Assembly (NCBI RefSeq): GCF_004010195.1
Contig: NC_057711.1
Span: 70,944,467-70,998,270, forward strand
DNA: 53,804 bases
Reading direction: 5' to 3'
Source: Chiloscyllium plagiosum
Taxonomy: Eukaryota
Shown: positions 35,931-47,043 of the stretch, in pieces
How positions within the stretch are numbered: position 1 is the stretch's first letter
Layout: each line of letters begins with the position of its first letter
Notes under the pieces: model-generated
Told to the model about the DNA's origin: nothing
The model's input: the letters and a program-made list of their open reading frames with translations, nothing else
Databases searched by the model: none
Made by a program: the position numbers and the translations under genes

Positions 35931-37960
35931 ATTTTCATCATAACATGAGACAATTATCGAACTTGCAAATTGTGGTCAGAAAATAACACAAAATGAAATT
36001 AAAATAGAAAAGCAAACATAACATAGAAATCACCAAATTTACAATCACTGACTTCCAGTTGCCAGTATCAGCACTCGGTGTGAATCAGATGTCACATTTG
36101 ATTTGCCATAGATAAATAGATAATACTATTGGCATTGTACAAAACTTCCCATGTATTCATTGTTTCGCAAAAATATATCCTGCAATAATCATGAGGAAGA
36201 TCAAATGTATCACTGTGCATTTGGGCCAGAAATGTGCTTGGAGACACATGCCATCAGTCCAAAATGTTGTTAAATCTAGATTTTTGCAAGTAAACTTGCA
36301 TTAACTCAGATTTTGCTCACTCCCTTTCGTTCACAATTTGTAGAGTTTATCTAGAATAAGAGCATTAAATCAGCTCAGCAGCAGCGTCTAACTGCAGTAC
36401 TACATTGTAAAGCTGCAGTTTATCTTTCTAATGACCTACTCGTCAATTTTAAAGCAATTTTACTCAGCACTTGGCTTGTTCCCGTTCTATTGGTTGATTC
36501 TGAGGAACCAATCAGCCTGGCAATTGAACACTCCAAGTTACAGTCTGTCTCAGTGGAGCGGATTGGGTGATAGTGTTGAAGAAGGAAATCGTTTAAACAT
36601 ACTTAATCTGACAAGTTATAGGTGAGTGAAGATGGTGGGCATATAGGAAAGTATATTGAAAGGGAAGCAAAAATTAATTTTGTTTTGTTAAAAATCATAT
36701 TATTAACTATCAGATGCTCAGGGTAACATCGGATTTTGATATAACATGTGAACCCAAATTAGTTACAATTATTCAGATTATGAATGTGTTTATTTTCTTT
36801 TCAGGTCAGTGTTTAAAAATGAAACAATAAAGACATAGGAAATGTTATAATACCAAGAGTATTATTGGATTTCCTATCGACTGTATCTTGAGACCCCATT
36901 GCTAATGCTGAGTAACAGTGTGATCCAGGGGGAAATTAGAATTACATCTGAGATCACAGCACAGATGGCTGCTTTGGATTTATTTTGAAATTTTCAATCA
37001 TAATAAAAAGGAGTCTTCAAAACAGATGCAGCAACGAGCAACAATGCTTAACATTTCTTAAACTGAATACTTTGCAGACACAGATAAAAGAGAGGAAGCT
37101 TTGCATCATGTTAGATGTCAGAAATAACATTTTTACTTTCAAACAAGCCTGCCTAGAAGAATGCTGGAAGCATCCAGTGCATTCATGGTTCCATCTTATC
37201 ATGTCTCAGTGTCTTTGCAGGATTCCTGCCAGCTGGTAAACAGGAAGCTGTGCTTTAATAGCTTGGCAACCATTTCATCTGTTTTTATCTTCATTTGTTT
37301 TTTTGGAAAATATATGCAAAGTAAATGACTGCCTGAAACTATATTAATATATTAGTCATCATTTTCTACTAAATTAAAATCCTGCCATTCAAATCACCTT
37401 TAGGCTCAGCATGAGCTGCAGAACTGTGATTTGATTAGAATGGGTCAGTGAAAGCTGAATTAGTGCACAATTTAACCAAATGATTTTCATTTCAAATTCT
37501 GCAGAACTGGAACAGACCAGACACAATGCTTTTAGTTGCTTCCATTGTTTGTGAACTAACATAAAGGCTACACATCCATTTTGCTTCATGCCACTGACGA
37601 ATTAAAGCAGCTGGGAACTTGTTACTAGATTCAATCCCACCTCCTAGAATGAAGCTGCTCATTATTCAGTAAGGACAGAGTTTCAATTTGCCTCAGTTCC
37701 TCTCAGTCAAGAAAGAAGGAAATCAACTAATGTTTCTACCTCTGACCACGCTCCAGTGACTCATTTAGTAAGTATATGTGTCTGAATATTGGATGAGAAA
37801 AGATTCGGACTTGACCAAGTCAGCATACAATTGGGTGCCTAGCCTATATCTATCATATACGGAGCAGAAGCCCTTCTGGTGACATACAAGAAAGTGAATG
37901 TACTTGGAGCATTTGTCCCTCAATTAGGAATTGGTGCTTTTCTCAAATAGGCAAAAGATG

Positions 37961-38263
37961 ATTAGATTCCCTACAGTGTGGAAACAGGCCCTTTGGCCCA
38001 ACAAGTCCATACCCACCCTCCAGTGAGTAATCCACCCAGATTAATTTCCCTACATTTACCTTCAACTATAGCACCTAACATTATGGGCAATTTAGGATGG
38101 CCAATTCACCTAACTTGCACATCTTTGGACTGTAGAAAGAAACTAATGCAGACACGGGGAGAATATGCATATTCTGTACAAACAGTCACCCAAGGCTAGA
38201 ATTGAACCTGGGTCCCTAGCGCTGTGAGGCAGCAATACTAATCACTGAGCTAACATGCCATCC
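37961..38263 (-). mobile_element. HE1-type V-SINE
   Basis: Reverse complement of the SINEs at 5973 and 8118 (ccctacagtgtggaaacaggccc..gcgctgtgaggcagc). Confidence 0.9.
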
Positions 38264-39897
38264 TAAAGATACAAAAGAATTATCAAACTTTGCATCATAG
38301 GTCATTATAAATTATCTAGTTTAAGAAATCATGACAAAGTGAACAGTGGGTAGTAAGTTTTCAATTAATATTCCAGCTCAGTAGAAAATATGTAACCTGA
38401 CATGTATGGAAACAAATAGATTGTGGTGGACTCTGTTGAGAACCTGACTAAATTTTCATTAAAATAATATTGACAATCTGCCTGAAAGGAATGAGTAAGG
38501 CTGCTCATGATGAGGGGGGGTTGGGCTGAATGTAGTGTTAAAAATTCAAAGATGCTCTCTGAAGCTAAATGGGAGGTGGGAGAATGGATAAGCTATTCTG
38601 GGGACATCACTGCAGAGATGGCGAACACATAGCTCCTTCTGGGACTGGAAAATTCATGCAGTAACATTTTTTCCATCTTTGTAGAGAGACTTAATTTAAA
38701 GCTATCAGATCAGATTGTACAGAGGTTGGCAGAGCAGCTGTGCTCATTCCTTGGCTAGAAGACACAGAATTGAGGGAATCAGTTAATGGTAAATTTGCAT
38801 GTGTATTACATGGAGTGTGGGAAGAATTTGGATCAGCTTGGATACTCTTCTGTTAGTAGAAGCTGAGAAAAAATGCGACTGATCATCTGAGCTGGAACCA
38901 ACCTCCTGCCAGAGGAAACCAATGCAATGCGTTCTAAAATTCTTCAACTGTGCACCAGCTGAGATGAAAAAAAGTCCGTAGCTACAGTCCTTTGGTTCCA
39001 AATGATAACTTGCTTTAATATGCCAGTTATCTCATCTCAGGGTGACAGAAGGGAAGGAACCAAACAATTTTGTCAACTCTTACACAAGAATGAACAAAGC
39101 AAAACAGAGCACATTTTCAGATGTAAGCACAAACTTTATACTTACCTGTAGAGAACAGAGAGAGTTTTGTACAGTTGAAAGGGCCAGCTTTCAGATAAAA
39201 TATTAAACAGAGAAGCTCCTGCCTTTGCAGGTAGATATAAAAGATCTCACAGAAATGTACTGATGAGCGTGGAATTATCTCCAGAGTCCTGGTCCCCTGT
39301 CTGACGATAGGGATTGGCCGAGATAAGCCGATGGCACGATGATTGTTGGAGCAGCAGAAACTAGGGTTTGGTGTCAGGACCACGTGGAATCCCCAAAGCA
39401 GGTCGCTCCATGGGAACTGTCCAGGAATTTGAAACTTCAGATGAACAATTCCCCTGCATCTGGATCACTACAAAATGACTCCTTAGCATTGGAAACCTCA
39501 GAGGGTACTGACTCAGTTAAGTGTAATCGGTACCCAGAAAATATTAGAGGACTAAAGACCTCCTGTAACTGCTGGATAATGATAAACTGATACCCTAACT
39601 CACCACTGATTCCCCCAACCATAAATCCTCCAACCTTTGCAGCCCACAGATAATCTCCACCCCACCCCCAATTACATGAATATCCACTGTCCATTTTTCT
39701 GTTGATTGTGCTGTCTGCAAAATGACTTTTGCATTTCCTACATTATAACAGTGATAACCAATCAACCTTGCTTCTAACGTGGGCCCATAAAGTAAGCTTT
39801 CCATCCCATTGCCAGCTACCAGTGTTCTGGAGACTTAGTGTCAGCCTCCCCTACCACAAGTAATATCCTCAAGGAAGCAAGAAAACATATTTAAAAG

Positions 39898-40410
39898 ACT
39901 CAAGTCAGGAATGTGATGTAATACGTTCCACCCACCTTGACGGCTGCAGCTCCAACAACAATTGAGAAGCTCAATCTCACTCAGGATAAAGCAACCCAAT
40001 TGATTGGCACCATGTACCAATTAAATACTCACTCCCTTCACCACTGGTGTGCACCATCTACAAAATGCATGGCAAGAACTCACTAAGGATCCTTCAACAG
40101 CACCTTCCAAAGCTATGACTTCTACCACCTAGAAGTTGCAGGTGGTAGATACATTGAAACACCACCACCTGCAGGTTCACCTCCAAGCAGCTCACCACTC
40201 AGACTTGGAAAATGTTGCCGTTACTACAATGTTGTTGGATTAAAATTCTGGAACATCCTCCCTAACAGCACTGTGGGTGACCCCAGACCCCAAACCCCAA
40301 GGACTGCAGCGATTCAAGAAGACAGCTTAGCACCAGCTTCTTGAGAGCAATTAGGAATGGGCAATAAATGTTGGTCTGGCCAACAATGCCCATATCCTAT
40401 GAGCAATAAA
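39898..40410 (+). mobile_element. Old LINE 3' remnant (CR1/L2 supergroup, family uncertain)
   Basis: Decayed C-terminal peptide KLNLTQDKATQLIG..HSLHH..TIYKMH..LQQHLPK; 3' UTR recurs at 26110 and, inverted, at 41650. Confidence 0.7.
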
Positions 40411-41402
40411 AGGTAAGTCCTTATGAAGATGTTTCTTGGCCACTTAATGGCCAAATTTGGCAACAGATGAGTGAGTCATTTGATGCCTCCCTGCTACTGG
40501 TAAAATAGTATTTGTGCAGCCAGAAGCAACAATGCATTCGGATCTGCTTATTGCATGGTTTCTGTTTACAGCCAACCTCACCCCTACCTGCCATCCCACT
40601 TCTGGGAGCGGGTAGAATTCTGGCCCATGTTGTATCTGTTTTTAGTTTTCAGCATATGATCAATTCATTAGGTGTCACAGCACCCCTGTAACTCTGCATG
40701 TAAGTTTTCAAAGATGATTTGTAGAAATCATTCATATTGAACTGTATTTCAGTTTCCAAATAAAATTATCTATGCCATTGTTTGCAATAATTGCTGACTT
40801 ATAGACATTGGTTAAATATGTTCAATGCATATGTACAGCAACTCTACAAAGCTGTGCTTACTCATTTTGCAGTGATCCTTCTGAGCAGTTGCCATTTGAA
40901 ATTATTGTCTTGCAGTATACCTCTTGCAGTATCATGGTCCAGGTAAAATGAGTTATGTCATTTGGCTGCCTGGCTCTTTAAATAAGCGCCTCTATTGCAG
41001 CTGAAGCTGCTGTTGGTTGGTGAACGACAAGTGATTTTACTGGCTGGAACCTAGTTTATGTTTTGAAGTTGGACATCACATTTGTCAGCATGACTGAGTG
41101 AGGTTAAGTTGGTATCATCACCTCAGCCTCTTCTGACACATCCAAAGGATGCCCATGCAATTGCCCTACTCAGCACAGGGCACCATGTGGACTGCACCAA
41201 AGTGACTGCAGGTGTAACATGCTTCAGTGGGAGGGATTTCAGTTTCTGCAACATAACCTTTGGGAGGCTGCGATTCTGAATTCTGTACCTTTCAAGTTGG
41301 AGGAAAATACTTGGGGAGTGAAGTTCTAATAAAGCCACATGGTAGGGTGGGATAGCAGTGGACATAAATGAATCTGCAACCCTTTCTCCCTGTTTAAGGA
41401 GA

Positions 41403-41605
41403 AAGTTAAAACTCACACAACACCAGGTTATAGTCCAACAGGTTTGTTTGGAAGTACAAACTTTCGGAGCGCTGCTCTTTCGTCAGCTAGCTACCTGATA
41501 AAGGAGCAGCGCTCCGAAAGCTTGTACTTCCAAACAAACCTGTTGGACTATAACCTGGTGTTGTGTGAGTTTTAACTTTGTCCACCCCAGCCCAACACCA
41601 CATCA
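41403..41605. mobile_element. Short hairpin insert derived from the PLE family B terminus
   Basis: Inverted arms 41402-41486 and 41495-41579; TSD tgtttaaggaga at 41391-41402 and 41606-41617; hammerhead-like motif in each arm. Confidence 0.92.
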
Positions 41606-41649
41606 TGTTTAAGGAGAGTTAGCAAATGATCTGTATTGGCCCTATTGAT

Positions 41650-41840
41650 TTTTTTTATCCATTCATGGATTGTGGGCATTGGTTGCTGAGCGAACAATTT
41701 GTTGCCCATCACTAAAATTTGAGCAGCTGCCTTCTTGAACAACTGCAGCAGTTCGTGGTGCTGTTAGGAGGTTCCAGAAAGTTGACCAAGCAAGTTGACC
41801 AAGGATGGTAATATAGTTCCAAGTCAGAAAGGTATGTGTG
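41650..41840 (-). mobile_element. Old LINE 3' end, family of 39898-40410
   Basis: ttgcccatc..gctgccttcttgaacaactgcag..gctgttagg..ttccaagtc. Confidence 0.65.
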
Positions 41841-42229
41841 TGTCAGAGGGACAGAAATACAAAAGAATATTGAATGCCCCAGAACTTGCTGTACATAAGG
41901 GATTTGATCCTGAAAGAATTGAACCCTTTATGGTTTAGTTTAAAGGCCCCATAGGAGCTAAACATATTTTTACTTCTTAAAATCTTCTTTCCAGGAGATG
42001 CTTCAGGGACATTCTTAGTGATCTCCAATATTGGATATTGCAGATACCTCTTAAATACATGGAATGCCAGCCTTGACTACCCAAATAATCCCAAACCCAC
42101 AATTTACCTTGTTACACCACTGCCATGCCAACAGAGTGGACCAATGAGAATTTCATACCCTTTGAAGTTCAGGAAGGCTCACCCTGGGCTTTAGCAGTGA
42201 AACAAATGACTTATTCTGACTTTTTGATG

Positions 42230-42405
42230 CCTGTTGATATAGGGTTTCAATTCCCATGCTGGCTGATGTTACCAAGAAAGTCTTTCCTTCTCAACCTCTC
42301 CCTTCACCTCAAGCATGGTGACCGTCAGGTTAAGCTAACCCCAGGTATCTCTCTCTAATGAGAGAGCAGCCCTGTGGTCTGGTAAGACTATGGGGTGCCT
42401 TTACC
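42230..42405 (+). mobile_element. tRNA-derived SINE, family of 11536-11750
   Basis: gggtttcaattccc B-box-like motif; ctcaacctctccc..taatgagagagcagccct. Confidence 0.6.
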
Positions 42406-44057
42406 TTTAATAACCTTATGTACATTTGATGGAAATCATGGGAATATTGTTGGATCTCATATAGATTTGTTTAAAATGTGGGTTATTATAATGTTGAGGA
42501 CCTTCACTTACACTTTATCATGGAGATGCGTAGATAACTCTATGGCAACAGAGTCATGTTTCCTTATTTCTATGTTCAAGATAAAGCAAGATTTTTACAT
42601 GGTTTCATTGTTACAGCTGGATTAATTTGTTTTTTGTCACTTGTATGAGTGATTAGCAGCTACTTTGAGAAGTTAAAGAAGTGTTATCATTGATGTGTTG
42701 TTATCGGCTGTTGTTTTTTTTCTGTCAACAGATCACATTCTCAGTAAATTGGAATATTAGAACCACTTGTTCAAGCACCTTCATTTATGTATGGAAATGA
42801 GAAGAGCGGACAACTCTGAAATTCTAAACAGAGGAAAGGATGGCATTTAGTGGACACATGCAATTTTACTTCTGAGGTTCCTGTTGAATGTGAATGTGAT
42901 AGCATGAACCAACTGAAATTGGCGTTGTAATGCTATTATCGTATCTGGAGTGCATCAGCAGATAGATAGCTATTTTAGTTTTCCAGCTGTGAAATGCATA
43001 CAATTTAGTCAAAAGGCTGAACAAAACACAGGTCAGCTTTACATTTGAAATAAAATCTGAAAATGTTGGAAATACTTTGGGTCGGCAGTCATAGTGGAGT
43101 GTGAAACAAAATAAATTGTTGAGGGGTTAAATTTGCAAAAAAAACCCAACATTTTTAAAGCCTTCTAGAATCCCATTCATATCTGGCTTGTTGTGGAAGG
43201 GCACATTTGGATGGTGTGAGAGTGAGTAAACACTCTTCCTATGACCTGCCCTTGCCCAACCCCTACTTGCCCCAGCCATGGCAGAGTTAAAAAATGGCCA
43301 CTTTTCTCACAGTTGGGTTTTTGACCTTCAGTGAGTAAGACAGTTCAGTGAAAAATCAGTCCAACACTTCAAGATGGTGACTTTCAACAGACATGGAAGA
43401 TGCCATAAATTTGCAGTCACCGAGCATGTGGCTAGCAATAGAGTTGACTATCCCATCATGCAGCTGGCAGCCTTTAAGCTGTCAGTAGCTACACTTTGCC
43501 ATCTGTCACTGTAACTTACAACAAATATAAAGGGGTTTGGCTTGTGTGTGGGTGAGAACAAGAGGAAAGGTTTGTGACAGTGTTAAGAGCACTTTTGATT
43601 AAATGTTAAAAAGGAATGGTGGATCAAAGCAAAAGGGAATGTGACAAGCATGAAAGAAAGGGCAGTTCCAGTATATGTGTGCACCATTTGCTAGGTTAAT
43701 ACACACTGTCCATTCTAATTGAGGATGGTGGCTACCTTTTCGAACCACATAAAACTACTTATTAGGTTTTGTTCTTTGGGGTTTTCTGCTCTCAAAGCAA
43801 CACTATTTGTGTTTGCTCTGAGCCCAAGTTAGTATCTAGCCCAAAAATCCAAGAAAATTGGGAACAGTGGTTAAGACCGAAAGTTGTTAAATTCGTTATT
43901 CAGACTGTAAAGTGTCCTGTGTTAAATGCATTTTAATTCTATGCAGGTTTTAGGCATTAACTGAGAGTTTACTTGAGCCTCAGCAAATAAACACAGACTG
44001 GGCCTTTGGTTGTTGGTTGGAAGCTAAACCTTTGTTGATGACACTTTGTAAAGGGTC

Positions 44058-44150
44058 TGTGGCAGTGTCCCTACCTCCAGGCTAAAAAGTCTGGGTTCAT
44101 ATCCCACATGTACCAGAGGTCCATGCATGACGGAACAAATTGATTCAAAT
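44058..44150 (+). mobile_element. Short tRNA-like SINE remnant
   Basis: gtggcagtgtccctacctc..ctgggttcatatcccac resembles a tRNA head with B box. Confidence 0.4.
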
Positions 44151-44434
44151 GACTATTACTCCATAAACATTCTCCACACTATTTCAGATAGTCTGATTAG
44201 TTTGACTAAAAATATTATTAATTCTAGAAATAAATATATATTTGTAAACATGACTCCACTTTAATCTTTAACCAATTAGATTTCTGGAATAGAAAATGGA
44301 ACCAGGGAATGGTTCTCTAGAGTTGACTGCCATTCACTGGATATCTTTGAAAACACCAGCATCCCTCACTTCTGCACCTCTTTTGGAAGCCCACTGTGCA
44401 TCCAAAGCTGCCCTTATCAATCAAGAATCTAAAG

Positions 44435-46260
44435 ATGTCAGAGAAGGGGAAGATGATACCATGATTCTCCAACAGGGACCTGGAGGTTCTGGCAGAGAGG
44501 ATAGTCCAGAGGAGAGATGACCTCTTCTTAGAGGACCAGCAAGATATGCTGCACACCAGACTTTGCCAACCATAGTTTAATATCACTCTCTCACTGCACA
44601 GCAACTCCCCCCCCCCACTCTCCCCACCCCTCCCCAGGTCATCCCCTCTGCTCTGAAGCTCTTCAGCCAAGTCCTGAAGCAGACTCGATACCACAGCCAT
44701 ATCTCCTTCCTCAGTGCCTGCCTTGACCAGTTCCACCACAGAACACACCAGATGGCCTTCTTCAAAGATGGCAATTTCGCCTCCACATGGTCGATGATGC
44801 CCTCCAGCGTATCTCAACTACTTTCCACACTTCCACCCTCAAGCCCCACTCCTCCAATCTCAACAAGGACAGAACCCCCCCCGGTCCTCACCTTCCACCC
44901 CACCAACCTCTGTATATATCATAGCATCCTCTGCCATTTCCACCAGCTACTAATATACTCCACTATCAGAGATATATTTCCCTTCTCACCTCTATATGCT
45001 TTTCCATAATGAATATTCCCTCCTGACCCTTTTGTCAGGTCCACGCCCCCCACCAACCCACCCTCCCTTCCAGACACCTTCCCCTGCCACCACAAAACCT
45101 ACACCCACAACTCTCCCCCCACCTCCATCCAAGGCCCCAAAGGGGCCTTCCACATCCATCAGAGTTTTACCCACACATCCACACATGTCATTTACTGTAG
45201 TTGTTGTTCCTGATGCTGTCTCCTCCACATAGGGAAGACAGGACACTTACTTGTAGAGTGCTTCAGAGAACATCTCCAGGACACCCGCACCAACCAAACC
45301 CATGCCCCGTGGCTGAACACTTCAACACTCCCTCCCACTCCTCCAAGGACACGCAGGCCCTGGGCCTCTTCCATTTCCACACCCTAACCACCCAATACCT
45401 GGAAGAAGCATGCTTCATCTTCTGCCTTTTGACCTTCCAACCACATGGCATCAATGTGGACTTCACCAGTTTCTCCTCCCCCACCTTATCCCAGTTTCAA
45501 GCTTCCAACTCAGCATGGCTCTCATGACCTGTCCAACCTGTCCATCTTCCTTCCCACCTAGGTGCTCCACCCTCCTCTCCGACCAATCACGATTACCCCC
45601 ACCTTCAGCTACCGATCACACTTTCAGGTACTTTCCCACCAGCCCACGCCCTTTGCTCACAAGCCTCATTCCTGATGAAGGGCTCTTGCCCAAAGTGTTG
45701 ATTCTCCTGCTCCTCAGAAGCTGCCTGACCTGCTGTGTTTTTCCAGCTCAACACTCTTGACTCTGCAGCATCTGCAGTCCTCACTTTCTCCTAACGTCAC
45801 CACCCAAGATCAGTGCCATGTCCAGGACAGGGAGGAACAGCTAGCAATGCATTCATCTGCTCTGCTCTATCAGAGTGTATGGCAGTCTCTTCTTTCTGAT
45901 ATGGTATACTCACTCTATTTGTGCTACTGCACCTACTTTCCACCAATGTTCATGCTCTGCCACTCTCATTATTACTGGAAGATCTTCTCTCACTTGCTGT
46001 TCCCCACAACTTCCCATACCACTGACCCTGCACCCCCTCAGCACTATCTCCTCAATTCCATGGGACATTTCACCACCTCATCCCAGCATGCCCCAGCACT
46101 AACAGCCATGCCACACAACAATCTCACTCACATCCCTGATTTCCTTCATTAAAAGAAAAGACATCCTATAATATGAGAGACAGAGAATCTGTACAGGTGG
46201 GGAGGTGCCTGATAGCTATGTCCTTACCTCCCAAGAGGAGAAAATCCTAGTCCTTGTACC
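44435..46260 (+). pseudogene. Two-exon Myb/SANT-like (NAIF1-like, Harbinger accessory) gene remnant interrupted by a PLE
   Basis: MSEKGKMIP*FSNRDLEVLAERIVQRRDDLF from 44435; resumes after 45791 (ISAMSRTGRNS*QC); second block EKTSYNMRDR..TGGEVPD..LTSQEEKILVL at about 46155-46258. Confidence 0.65.
44587..45791 (+). mobile_element. Penelope-like element, family A, internally deleted and decayed
   Basis: Frameshifted GIY-YIG (HVIYC..LHIGKTG..FREH; VAEHFN..YLEEACFIFCLLTFQPHGINVDFTSF); terminus with ctgatgaagggctcttgcccaaagtgtt; possible TSD taatatcac/taacgtcac. Confidence 0.88.
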
Positions 46261-46294
46261 CCAACTACATAATCAGGAAGTACACTAAGACATA

Positions 46295-46430
46295 CAGGTA
46301 GTCCCTAATTTACAAAGTGCCCGGACTTATAAATGCTTATAAGCGAGTTCCCATGTTAATAATAATTTTAAAGATCCAATATACAAACATTTTCTCAGAC
46401 TTTCAAACACTATTTTATATTGTATTGTAT
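46295..46430 (+). mobile_element. Tigger/pogo-like DNA transposon end remnant
   Basis: ta-caggtagtccc..ttac..gacttat resembles a TcMar-Tigger terminus; second terminus not located. Confidence 0.4.
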
Positions 46431-46901
46431 TATGCTCCAAGCTGCATACACTGAGAGTCGACTGCACCATCCAGAAGCGGGGGAACAGTGTGTGCATATG
46501 GCATTGGATCATGGTGAGGCCTTTGACATTTCTTATTCACAGTTTATCTCCCACTGTGCTCAAAAGTGTAGCTGTTGAAGAGTTACCTTCCAGTGACTGT
46601 GCCAGAGAGCTGCAATATACAGTGAAGGTCAATGCTGTAGGATAGCCAGGGAATAGGCAGGAGCTGCCTGTGCGCTCTTCCTTTCATGGGTCTGTGACCA
46701 TTGTTATTCACCTTCAAAAGCCCTCTAAATCTGGTATGGTACAGCTCCCTCTCTCACAGATTGAGTCACTTACCCTCCCCTCCTCCCCCAGGCACTCAGA
46801 GTGTGGCTTTTGACAGTTCTTCCTGCTGGCACTTCCAATTTCCAGCATGATGGAAAATGTTGCTGAGTGATCCTTAGCCAGTGGCAAACAACCTATATCT
46901 G

Positions 46902-47043
46902 GTTATAGTCCAACAGGTTTAATTGAAAACACTAGCTTCAGAGTGCTGCTTGTGCTTCCAATTAAACCTGTTGGACTATAACCTGGTGTTGTGTGATTTT
47001 TAACTTTGTACACCCCAGTCCTACACCAGCATCTCCAAATCAT
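46902..47043. mobile_element. PLE family B hairpin insert with deleted centre
   Basis: ggttatagtccaacaggtttaattg (46901-46926) is inverted at 46959-46984; TSD aacctatatctg at 46890-46901 and 47044-47055. Confidence 0.88.

Noticed and set aside
36480..36810. CCAAT boxes followed by a GTGAGT..TTTTCAG mini-intron
   Set aside because: No CpG island or coding frame, and the region may be a decayed DNA transposon.
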